Of a DNA stretch of 64,000 bases, positions 1 through 11,770 are shown piece by piece (within the stretch, counting starts at the first letter, position 1; every line of letters begins with the position of its first letter). Below the pieces are notes generated by a model. The model did no database searches, was not told the DNA's origin, and saw only the letters and a program-made list of their open reading frames with translations. The position numbers and the translations under genes were made by a program. The DNA is from Camelus ferus (lineage: Eukaryota): contig NC_045697.1 of assembly GCF_009834535.1 (NCBI RefSeq), positions 25,732,001 through 25,796,000 of the forward strand, in the 5' to 3' direction.

Positions 1-314
1 ATGTCACTCTAAAAGAAGTAGCAGATAACATGTCTGGTTATAAAACACTATCACAAGATGTATTTTTGCCTTACAATATTTCAGGGTTTTCCTACCAAAA
101 GAAAATCAAAGTGAGTGAAATTTAAACATCTGATTTCCATTATGTCCTTGATTTTATGAAATATTTTGTATCAATGCAATGAGACTATAATATATCCTTC
201 AGATTTTTCCACTGGATAAAAACATATTCAGGACTTTGCTTGCCTTAAAAGAAGCAAGTCACAAATATTATTCATTTTATTTTATAGTTTAAGTCCTCTA
301 GGTACACAGTGCTA

Positions 315-979
315 GAAGTCTTAACCTGGAATTTATGTGCCATTTATGAGTTTCCAGGATTCAATGAAATCCTGAAATTAGTTGGAATGATTTATGTGCA
401 TATGCATATGTGCTTATTTTAAGGGAAAAGATAAAAATTTCATTGATCACTAAATGTATCTATATTAGTCAGAGAAATAGAACCAACAGGATTATATATA
501 TATATACACACACACATATAAAAGTATAATATGAAAAATTGATTCATATAATTATGAAGAATGAGAAATTTCACAATCTGCCACGTGCAAGCTGGAAACC
601 CAGAAAAGTTGGTGGTGTAGTTTAGTCCAAGTCCAAAGGCCTGAAAACTAGTGAGCCAATGGTTCTAATCCAAGGACTGAAGAAGACCTATGTCCTAGCT
701 CTGTCAGGCAGAGAGAAAGAGTTCACACTTTTTCTTCTTTTTTGTTTTATTCAAGCCTTAAGCAGATGGGACGATGACCACCCATACTGGGAAGAGCAAT
801 CTACTTTACTCAGTCCACTAATCCAAAGGCTAATCTCTTCCAGAAAGGCCTTTACAAACATACCCAGAAATCATGTTCTGCCAGCTATCTGGGCGTGTCT
901 TGGCCTAATCAAGTTGACATGGAAAATTATTTGTCACATTGCAATGTCTATGACCCCAAAACTACTAAGAATCATTGAA
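315..979. mobile_element. hAT-Charlie MITE (Charlie4z-like), split by an MLT2 LTR
   Basis: Left part gaagtcttaacctggaat...cctgaaatt...gtgcatatg and right part tctatgaccccaaaactactaagaatcattg resemble the two halves of a short Charlie MITE on either side of the MLT2; family from memory. Confidence 0.45.
461..938 (-). mobile_element. MLT2B-like ERVL solo LTR
   Basis: Starts tatattagtc..agagaaatagaaccaacagg, has an internal (TA)n(CA)n tract and gcaagctggaaacccag, ends aagttgacat..aaaatt..tcaca; hallmark MLT2 reverse-complement. Confidence 0.85.
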
Positions 980-1849
980 AATTCATTTAAAAATACTCAC
1001 TTCACTAAAAACTGAGTTACTTAATCTTTCTTCTCTTAATAAGCAAAAATCTGGCAATAAATCTACTTTATTTTTCGTTCCATTTTACATACATTTGCAG
1101 CCTAAATTTTTGCTTTGTTTTTCATTAATTTTGATTTTGTCTCTTCTATTTATTCATGTTCTTCCTTACAACTTCAGCTACCTTCTTGGCTTTAGCTACA
1201 GTTTTTGTGCTGTTGAACTCTCTCTGTTCAATCTCTGATCACTTTCCTGAACTACGAGAACCAAATAGCTACTTTTCAAATTTATTCAGTAGGTGTTTTT
1301 AAATGAACTGATTAACATCCACCCACTCAAATTCTATTGTAACTTCTTAATTCCCTGTAACAATTAATGTCATCATTCATCAGTTTCTCAAGGTCAGTAA
1401 TAAATCATGCCATATTGAAACTTTTGCTTCTTACTTTATTGTACAGTCTTTTATATGTCTGGATAAATGTCTCCCGATTTCTCTCTCTCTTCATATTGTC
1501 AATATCTAATTTAAGCTCTTGTCAAGACATACGTAAGCAATTTCAACTTCCTCCTAAGTCTTCTCTAATCTACTGTTTCTCTTCTAATGTCACCAGAATA
1601 AACTACACAAAAAGCAAATTTTCTGATTAAGCATTGTTTTCAACTCCTAGTACTTACCACACTGTACTACATTTAAAAAATTTTTTTGCATTCCTGCTTA
1701 CATCATTAGATAGTAATGCTTAATGTCTCACTCACCTTTCTAGTGACTCTAGCAATTGGGTCCAATGCGCAGATAATGGATGAATAATGCAAATAATTAC
1801 ATGTACAAATTATGTACTAAATATGCATGTTCAAGTACAAACGATACTA

Positions 1850-2280
1850 TAGCAGAGATGGGTGATCTGTGGACCAAAATTTGCACTTCTCCTTTCATAT
1901 TTCTAGCTGTTGCTGGGGAAGAATGTCCCGCCTGTGGACTAGATTTGCTAGCTCCCGAATAGTGTATATGACTGATTCTCAGTAGTGAACTTTTAGCAGA
2001 AGCGATATATTACTTCTAGGCCAGGTCTTTTAACAACTTGGTATATTCTACAATGACTTTTGCCTTTCACCAGCTAAATGAGGAGAATTCCAAGACTTTG
2101 GTGGAAAAAGAAGCCAGAAGATTAACAAAAAAAACCTGAGTCCCCAAAGCACAACCTGGAGGCAAGTGTCCCTCTTTGCCCAAAGGACCCTCATTGGGGA
2201 ACATGAGTGAGAATAACTTTCTATTATATTAAGACATATTTGCTTAAGGTGTTATAGACGCTAATTACTCCAGCTAATAT
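1850..2280 (+). mobile_element. old MLT1 (MaLR) LTR, degenerate
   Basis: gtatatgactgattctc..ttagcagaagcgatatattacttctaggcc and a 3' end catgagtgagaataactttctattatattaagac..ttgttatag typical of MLT1H-J. Confidence 0.5.
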
Positions 2281-3104
2281 AAGTAGATAGTCAGCAAAGT
2301 ATTTTGAAGTGAATGTGTATAACGTGCCCATGTATTATACATTTGCATAAATGGGTGAAGGCAGCAAAAAGGAAAGTGTTTCTCTCTTGCATTCTCCCAA
2401 ATGTGGTTACAGTATAATGATCATTACATGTCACTTCTTTCAATTAAAGAAGGAAAAAACATTGTAAAGTATTAATTTGGAACCTATCACAAAATTTGCA
2501 TCTTTATAAAGTTTCTTCATTTTAATAATTTTTCACTTTAGCACATAACTGAAAGTACTGTTTTGCTCAAGAAATGAAAAAGAACAATACAAATAATTAA
2601 AGAGAATCTGGAATATGTTGACAACTAATTAGGGCAATGAAAACATTTGGATGAGGGCCCAGTTAAAACTATCCAAGTAAAATAGACTAAGCTATTTAAG
2701 TGACCATATTACATACATTGCTTTTTCATATAAATCTGTGAAAGTATCTTGGGATTGTTTATTTTGCCCCGTTTATGTGTTGATGGCTTTTTCCATTTTT
2801 GCATATTCAGTCAATTTATTTCAGTAAAATTGAATTAAGTGAGAAAAGAAAATTTAATCAAGAAGTTTTCCCTCCAGCACTCTATCCTTCCCGTAATGCA
2901 TTAGAAATTTGTGAGATGAGATTTTTTTAAATATATATATTTGAGGTGATGATGAATGTGAAATATACAACTCTGTTTAGAATTGAATTCTATGTAGAAA
3001 TAATCATTGGATCTTTTTGAATATAATACAATACATGGCCAGAGTCCAGGGTTTACTCATTTTTGGTCACCATACCATCTTGCAGAAATCTGGAGTCCAC
3101 TTGG

Positions 3105-3234
3105 CCCTTGCTACTCAAAGTGTGGCCCATGGAGCAACTGCATCAGTACCATCCAGAGCTTATTGGAAATGCTGAATCTCAAATCCCAGCCTGGTTGGTT
3201 TGTATGCATGTTGAAATTTGAAAAACACTGCTCT
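3105..3234. mobile_element. MER5-type hAT-Charlie MITE
   Basis: ctactcaaagtgtggccc...gcatcagtacc...ggaaatgctgaatctc...gcatgttgaaatttgaaaaacactgctct matches the MER5A/B pattern. Confidence 0.7.
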
Positions 3235-3454
3235 TGATAACAAAGAGAAAATAAAGAATGGATTGATGACAGTTCCAAAGGGATTGTATCACTCTGAAAA
3301 AAAAAGTAATTTTATTTGAATTTAAGTAAAATGTTTCCTTAAACTAGAATTGTTGTGACTAATATAATCCAGGCTAAATAATTGTCTTCTTTAGACTTTG
3401 AGTGCTAACATTAAGCTTCAGCGAAAAGAGGCATAATTTTCTTATGTAGACTTA

Positions 3455-4010
3455 TGTTAGTTAAGGGGTTTTCAGTTGAAAATAATGGGAAAAATCACCT
3501 CCACTATTCTTAAGTAGTAAGGAAACCCTGGGAGCGCAGTTTAGGGCAGGCCTCAGAGATGACGCAATCCAGCAGCTCTGGCTTTCTTTGCTGGAAGTTT
3601 TCTTGGCTTTTCCCTCCTTCCTGTGCAGTTTCATCCAGAAGCTAGTAAAAGAAGGCAAAGTAACAACTCTTGCACATAGTAAATTCAAGTCCAGAAGAAT
3701 AGAGACTGTCTTTTCTTGTGGATAACACTTGCATAAAAGGAAATTTCCCCCAGATTTCCCAAGTAAATACTATCTCCTTGCAGCTCATTGTTTAATTGGA
3801 AGAGCACACACCCACTCCAAAACCAAGCCCTGCCTTCCCAGGAATTTGATTCATTCATTGGCTTAGACCAGAGTCCCTGAAAAGGTGATTGTCAAGGGGA
3901 TGAAAGTACCTTGGTTGGCCTATTGTCTTGGATCACGCCTTCCAACTGCTTTTCAGGTTGCTAATCAATGAGCAGGGGAGAGGTGAATGTTGAGAAGTCA
4001 ATCACAATGT
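3455..4010 (-). mobile_element. old MLT1K/L-like MaLR LTR
   Basis: ggcctcagagatgacgcaatccagcagctc, gctcattg, ggcttagaccag motifs; heavily diverged. Confidence 0.4.
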
Positions 4011-4333
4011 TTACTGAATTCTGCATTCCTTTTATTATTAGACTTTCATCATTGTGCCCCTCTTATCTCATTTCCATCCCTCTAGTCATATTGTCACATG
4101 ACCTTCTGATACTTTTAATAAAACTAACTTGTTAAGTTCCATGACACTTGTATGCACTCTACCCACTGTCTCCATTAATGTCCAAAATGCTACCCCTGTC
4201 TCCTTGGAGGGAGGAATTTGGTTTTGTTTCCATTGGACTGTTTTGTTTTTACGGTTCTCACATAAAAGAGTCACTGAGGCCACCTTATCTGCCACAACAT
4301 CCATGCCCAGGAATTCTGGCATCAGTATTTTCT

Positions 4334-4514
4334 TTTTTTAACATTTTTTATTGAGTTATAATCCTTTTACAATGTTGTGTCAAACTCCAGTGTAGAGCAC
4401 AATTTGTCAGTTATGTATGAACATATATATATTTATTGTCACATTTTTTTCTCTGTGAGGTACCATAAGATCTTGTATATATTTCCCTGTGCTATACAGT
4501 ATAATCTTGTTTAT
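4334..4514 (-). mobile_element. young LINE-1 3' end (5'-truncated)
   Basis: poly-T, then acattttttattgagttata...ttccctgtgctatacagtataatcttg; candidate TSD gtattttct at 4325-4333 and 4515-4523; closely similar to the 16731-17084 copy. Confidence 0.9.
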
Positions 4515-6509
4515 GTATTTTCTACTGCAGATGTGTGCAGTGAGAGTGGAACCAGATGTTCGATACACTGAGCCCCACGTTTACTATACATCACTAAGGA
4601 GAGGAAAGTCTGCTGTGTTTTAGATGACCAACTTGAACGCATTCCCTCTAGTTACTGAAAGATATTTTACAGTGAATGATGTCAAAACGACCTAATAATC
4701 ATACTTGCAGGAATAAGTCTATGACACCCAGAGTGAAAACTGATTATTCAAGCACAGGTCCAGAGAGATACAGGGCAGCAGTCTCTGAACTCTCAAACAT
4801 GTTCCAGTGCCAAGAAAACTTCAAGCTATTGTAACAGAGGAGCTGCAGGGGCGCCCTCCTCTCTGTGAGAGCAGGTTTCTTTGCTTAAGCAGTTGCCATA
4901 TAGTAAGCCTTCAAAATGTATTTATTGAATAAAAAATTCTTGTTTTAGTAAACTGGCTGAAAGCACCACATTTTTTAAGTGGTCTATGAATTTTATCTTA
5001 TAGATAATTATCATTGTTGAATTCTCCAAACTATGATCAGAAGCTAGCAACTCAATGAAGAATTTTTATAGTATGTATCTATTTCTTGGCACTAGAATTA
5101 TTTTTTTTCTCCTGTATTGTATGGCTTAGAATTAATTGCAAGACTGACATGCAAACCTAACAATAAGTGAAGACATTAATTATAAAAGGGCTTAAAGTAG
5201 TCGATTTTTACTGAAATGTGTCTGGTGTGAGTCAACAGTAACAACGTATAAGTGAAGAACATATATCACATATGTGTCCATCTAGTTAATATACATAAGT
5301 GAATATCTAATGAGTTAGTGATATCCACAGTCTTTCAGAATATCTGGAAAGCTTTTCTCCTTTGAGGTGTGATCATTTCCTCTGTCTCTCTAGATGCTGT
5401 TAATTTTTCACTCCTTAGTTCATGCTGTCGTCCTGGGAAGAATTTCCAACTACAAAAGTTCATAGTAATTTTTTTTTCATTTTTTCTATTTTCATAGCCC
5501 TTACTGACTAGATACTAGTCTCTAAAAGTTTTATGAATGTCAATCTCTTTTTGCCAATAAAATTCAAATTTCTCAAGAGCATAGTAAAATCAGCATACTT
5601 CTTTACATTGTACACAGGTGAGAGTATAGAATCAGTCTGTAATGAAAGCTAATTAATTGAAAACAAATCACCAAATTTCCATTTTCTTTTCTTTGTTGCT
5701 AAACTAAATGATATGTACAAAGTATATGGTAAAAATTGTTATTGTTTAAAATTATCTGTTCTACCATGAGATCACCTTCAAATTTCCAGCCTCATCCTTC
5801 TCTTTGTAGTTGGTTCAATACTGATGGAGAATCCTCTCCAGATTTCTTGTGTTATTCTGCTTCCTCTAGTGTTCAACCCACCAGAGGTGACAGCAATAAT
5901 AATTTAACACATCTAATAACAGGATCTACTTTTTCCAATGCTGTTTTTGCACAACACCTGTAATATTTGCCTATCAAAGAGTGAACATGTTTAATATAGT
6001 TAAATTAAATATATTACATTTTAAGATATAAAAATATAAATAGAATTCCACCATAATACAGCTCATTATGACATGCAGATCATATCACAAAAAAATATAC
6101 CTTGAAACATCAAAATCATATAGAATAAAATTATCAAAGACAAAGAATTTGCACGGTAAATTGCCTATTCTTTAAAAAAATAATATAAAGTATTAAGAAT
6201 ACAATAGGACTGGGATTACTAAAGTTCTGTTCCTTGAAGCCATTGTCTAGAGGACGTTAGTAAGAGTGACTTGAAAATGTGATATTTACACTTGTAGAGG
6301 TGTTCTGGGGGACATTGGCTGGGGAAATGCTGAGGTAGGTAAAATGGATTCTTACTGGAAATCAAGACCTCATTGCTAGTCTTAGCTAGGTAGATCTAAG
6401 GCTTAGGAATTCACACAGTTATGGAAGGACATACCACATGCTTTTAGTTCCAATTAAAACATTTTTAAATATATTCATCTATCAATTAAAATATAGTACT
6501 GATATTTCC

Positions 6510-7000
6510 ACTTGGATGCTTTTAGTTTCAATAACAGCAAACCCAATTTGAACACATCCTGAGGCTTGAGCCAGGACCACAACGGTATTACAAAGCCAGG
6601 CCAATTTTCTTTTTCCTTGTCTCTACTCTGTCTCCTACTTTGTCTTCTTCTGCATAGGATTCAACTTATTGTTTCAAAATGCTTTCTCTAGGTACTTGGC
6701 TGCATACATCCTCTTTCATATGCTACAGATGTGAGAGAGTATCTTTTTCCCAAAGAATTCAGCAAACTCTGAGATATACTCCAGTTAGATTAAGTCATAC
6801 GTGCTTCATGAACTAATCACATTGCCCAGAGTTCGTCATGCACTGACAGGGTTTACCCTAGGTCATATGCTCTAACCCTGAAAGTGAGAATGGGATTAGC
6901 TTCCCTCAAGCTGCAAGGATCTGCTAGTTTCAAGTGGGGATTTTGAAGAATGGAAAATAGGACATGGATGCACAGGAAGCAACAGACCTGTGTTCTTCAT
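6510..7000 (-). mobile_element. MLT1K-like MaLR LTR
   Basis: ggatgcttttagtttcaataacagcaaacccaa start; aactaatcacattgcccaga and ctaggtcatatgctc internal motifs. Confidence 0.55.
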
Positions 7001-8075
7001 TCAAGGAGAATGCAAGGAAGGATTACAAATTATAAATTTATACAATGATAAAAGCTTGAAAAGAGAAGGGTAGAGTAAGTGAAAACAAAGTAATTTCAGG
7101 AGAATCATTAAAATATACATAGTTTCTGTTAAGTGTAAGCATTGCTATCTAGGGCTGTCTTTTTAAAAATGTGATCCTTTCTCTGTAAGTTAATCAAACA
7201 ATTCTTTGATTAGAGATTAATCTGTGTTTTCTAGAAGACACCAAAATGCTTATAGAAATTTGGTAGTTACTGATTTTCAACAAAAATTTAATGATGGACA
7301 CAATTTTGAAGTGTGAATCAACCAAAACCAACTGAGATGATGTGTTATCCACCATTTTTTTCAAATGTTTAAGAAAATACACTTTTGATTTTCCCATTGA
7401 AATTTTAGTGCCTTTACTTAGATTTTGGGCAGCCATTTAAACTTCTGAAAAGAGAAATGTTAGCTCTTCTCAGGGACTGATTAAATTTTAATAATGAGGG
7501 CATTTTTAACTTACTTGAATTCAAATAGAACAACACATTTATATATTCATTGGCGCTGTGTAGAAAATAATAATGAAAGAATTTTGTAAGTTATACATTA
7601 TGTTTTGTTTAAAACAAAGCAAAAATAATAAAGAATGCTTACTTACATCATTTGTTATCTTTGCCTAAAGAAGTTGATAGTATGAGGTTCAGGCAATTAT
7701 GAACTTCTTTGGTAATGAATATCTTGAAAACCTAGAAAAGACAGCCTCCTTCCCCTTGTTTCATCAGCAAGGCGCAAGCCTAGAGACAATTCCAAGTGGG
7801 GTTGGGTGGGCCAGGTTTCAAGACTCCATGTTTGACAGGGAAAATTGATTTAAGTGTCAATTCAAAGTAAAGTGTTATGCACATTTGGTGTTAAGTCCCT
7901 GACTCCTTCCAATCAGAATGCAGCTCTGTGCCCTTCTTCTTTAGAAATTCATGACTAACTGCTACATCAAAACTTATATTCACACAATGCATTTAAATTT
8001 TTTTTTTTGTTTTATTCTTGTTTTCTGTCAGCCTGGATCCAAAGAATCCTGAGAAATTCTTTGTTCTAAATGTTC

Positions 8076-8758
8076 ATGGAGATTCCTCAAAAAACTAAAA
8101 CTAAACTTACCATATGATCCAACTGTCCCACTCCTGGGCATATATCTAGAAGGAACCTTAATTCAAAAAGACACATGCACCCCAATGTTCATAGCAGCAC
8201 TATTTACAATAGTCAGGACATTAAAACAACCTAAATGTCCATTGACAGATGACTGGATAAAGAAGCTGTAGTATGTTTTTACAATGGAATAGTACTCAGC
8301 CATAAAAAAAAAATAAAATAATGTCATTTGCAGCAACATGGATTGACCTGGAGAATGTCATTCTAAGTGAAGTAAGCCAGAAAGAGAAAGAAAAATACCA
8401 TATGATATCAATTATATGTGGACTCTAAAAAAAAAAAGACAAGAGAACGTATGTACAAAACAGAAACAGACTCAGACATAGAAAACAAACTTATGGTTAC
8501 CACGGAGGAAGAGGGGGAAAGGGATAAATTGGGAGTTCTAAATCTGAGATACTAACTACTATATTTAAAACAGATAAACAACAAGTTTATACTATATTTG
8601 ATATCTTGTAGTAACCTATGGTGAAAAAGAATATGAAAACAAATATATGTATGTTCATATGACTGAAGTATTGTGCTGTACACCAGAAGTTGACACAACA
8701 TTGTAAACTGACTATACATCAATTTAAAAAATATATATGTATATATATATAAAAGAAA
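8076..8758 (+). mobile_element. LINE-1 ORF2 C-terminus plus 3'UTR
   Basis: catatgatccaactgtcccactcctgggcatatat (YDP..PLLGIY motif), gcacccccaatgttcatagcagc-like segment, 3'UTR and A/TA-rich tail. Confidence 0.95.
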
Positions 8759-9369
8759 ACTTAATGTTTCAGTCCTACTTAGTCTTGGATCTCCATATAA
8801 CTCAGAGCCAGTCTGTGCTGGTCTATGACTTGGTAAAGTTTCTTCCAGACTGAAGCATCTCAATGACATTTGTGAAAAAGAGCATGTTAGGAGACCTTTA
8901 TGTTCTGCAAACTGCAGAGGATGTAAATGTATCTTCAACTTAACTGTATTTACACAATGGCAGGTTGGGGTGACACATATTATATTCAACAAATGGCATA
9001 CTTTGTGCTCAGCACTGTGCTGAGTGTAACAGGGCTAGTGAAGAAGTGAAAATCCAGTTTTCAAGGAGTCTGCTTCATGGAATAACAGTGCTACAAACTG
9101 AAAATATGGTAAACAATGTAAACAGTACAAGTGCTAAAATTTTGCTGTTTGGGAGAACCAGAGGCCCGCTCAGTTACAAAGGTCACAAAAAGCTTCAGAA
9201 GAAGAAAAACACCAGCTTTATCTCTTTATACACAATTGCAGCATAATGGTTTCCCTGCTATTGTCTTTCCTAGCCCCTTCCATCTTGTTCTTATTTTGCA
9301 TTGTCTGCATAACTTTTAGCAACATGATAGACATGCAGATCTTCAAATGAATGATTACAGCATGGATAT

Positions 9370-9812
9370 AATTTTTTTGCAATTGATTGACTTTATAAAA
9401 AATGTTTTATTGAAGTGTAGTTAATTTACAATGTTAGTTTCAGATGTACAGCAAAGTGATTCAGTTATACATATATATACACACATATGTATTTTTTCTT
9501 TTCAGATTCTTTTCCATTATAAATTATTACAAGAAATTGAATATAGTTCCCTGTGCTATACAGTAGGTCCTCGTTGTTTACCTATTTTACATATAGTAAT
9601 GTGTGTCTGTTAATCGTCAACTCCTAATTTATCCCTCCCTGCCCTTTCCCCTTTGGTAACCATAGTTTGTTTTCTATGTCTGTGAGTTGATTTTTTGTTT
9701 GTAAATAGAATTTGTATCATTTTTTTTAGATTCCACATATAAGTGATATCATATATTTGTTTTTTTCTGTCTGACTCACTTCACTCAATATGATAATCTC
9801 TATGTCCATCCA
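9370..9812 (-). mobile_element. LINE-1 3'UTR fragment (cetartiodactyl type)
   Basis: ttttattgaagtgtagttaatttacaatg...ttccctgtgctatacagtaggtcc...; perfect 14-bp TSD tacagcatggatat at 9356-9369 and 9813-9826. Confidence 0.95.
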
Positions 9813-11509
9813 TACAGCATGGATATTGAATATGAGTGTCAATTGTATGTGTCTGTTAGAGGGTGAGAAGTTTCCTTACCAACAAAACGATTGTGCATTT
9901 ATTTCCCATCTCCCCAGCAGTCAAGGAAATGGAGTGGTAGCTATAACATTCTCATTCTGGTCTATAAAAATATTTGTGAAATATTCCACCAATCTTCTTC
10001 TAAACTCGAATGCCACTTCAATAATAAACTTCATAAGCACCAATAATTAACTAAGAAACCAGAAGAAACATTACATATTTGGAAAAATTCAGTTTAACTT
10101 ACAGCTAGAAATTCTCTCTTAAGAATACTAGCTCTCTTCAGGAAAATATTTCTCTACTTGGAAGATTCTGGTCATCATTAAAATGTGAACCCTGTGCCAC
10201 TTTTGCAGAATGACAACAGGACAAAGAAATATTTTCTTGGGCAGAAAAATGATATGTATGCTTTCCTTGCTGCTACTGTGATGGAAATGTGTCTGGAATC
10301 TTTTGTGTATTTATTTTAACATATTTCAGTGTTATCTAGAATCGCATGATCCATCAACACTGTGATAAGCCCATCCTGTTTGCACATATGAGCAATATTT
10401 AAAAAAATGACTAATATAAATCAATGGAGAATGAATCAGACAATCACACACCAGGTAAACTAGTCATTTAAATTCCTCAAAATAGTTCTCAGTGAATTAT
10501 TCATCATTCACCATTCTTTGCAGTTTAAGTGAAATATTACAGTAAATATCTTCTTTCCAAAGAAAATCAATTTTCCTTTACTAACATGTTTTATTATAAA
10601 AAGAGCAATAGTTCATGATGTGTGAATAATAAAAAAAAATCTGCTATCGTCTCCACTCTGCCTTCTTTCTTCTGCATATGAATATGAAACAGTGTGCATA
10701 AAAATAAGAGACTAAAGTGATCATGCATCGTAATTTTGTAAGAGCACTATTTTGTTCTCAGACTCAGATTTAGCAATAATAAGCTGAGGGACACATCTGT
10801 AATTTTCTACTCCTTACAAGTATTATTAGCACAGAGTTATACTATTCTTGAACTTGGTTGCTTCACATTACCCGGTTTTCAAATTTTTGCTTAGTTGTTT
10901 GATTCACGCATTAAATTCTCCATTTACATAAACATGCTTTATAGAAAGAATATGGCTTTGATTCATCCTTCTACACCAGGTTTTCAAAATTGCATGCATA
11001 TCAAAGGTATTCAGTTTGAGGAGACAACCAATCAGGGGCTCTACTCCCGCTTGGTTCTTACATCACATTTTCTGATGTATCTAAGAACTGAGTTGCACTG
11101 ACAGACAGAAGTACTAAACAAAACTGACTGTCAAAATCAGAAACAAGAAGGTTACATCTTGTACTGTACTCTTCCATTCACTTATACTTGCTTCCTTTTG
11201 TTGCTTGGGAACTTCTTCCTGTGTATAACCTTCAGAGCTCCAGCCACTTAACTTTAAACATTTGCTAATACTTTAGAAGCAGCTTTGTGTGGAGATTTTC
11301 CCCTTATCCTAGAAGACCAAGGAATTTCTTTTCATTATAATATTAAAAAAAAACCCAAAACCCTTTTTGTGACAAATTTGGCAAGTTTGGATACATATCA
11401 ATGACCAAGTTTCTTGTAGCTTTTTAATCTATTATATGTTTCACCAGAAAGTAGTTTTATAAGTTTTCACCCCAGCTATTAGCATAGAAATATAGAAGAG
11501 TCCTAGGAT

Positions 11510-11770
11510 GAACAGCAATAATAACTAATATTCACATAAATACATACAACTTACAAGTATTATCATATTTCATATTTTATGTGGAAACACAATTATTACC
11601 AATATTTTGGTGCTGGAGATGTTATTACTATCCCTGTCTTATATACATGAAAACTAAAACTCAGAAAAAAAAAAAATACAGACGAAGTCCACAAAACCAC
11701 TTCATTGGAAAGCTAGGAAACAATCCATAGCTCTTTTATTCCAAGTTTTCAACTCTTTCCAATCCAACAA
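11510..11770 (-). mobile_element. MIR SINE remnant
   Basis: attactatccctgtcttatatacatgaaaactaaaactcag resembles the MIR core. Confidence 0.45.

Noticed and set aside
659..1015. 118-aa ORF
   Set aside because: Lies within the MLT2B LTR; no protein similarity recognised
4377..4571. Paralogous-looking small ORFs MSNSSV.. here and at 16735-17037, 9431-9613 and 8552-8992
   Set aside because: All are antisense readings of L1 3'UTRs, not a gene family
4841..4860. CTCF-like gctgcaggggcgccc
   Set aside because: One base short of the core spacing and lacks the 5' CC; not supportable from sequence alone
9007..9023. Palindrome ctcagcac-t-gtgctgag
   Set aside because: Falls in an L2-like remnant (gcactgtgct motif); short and expected by chance
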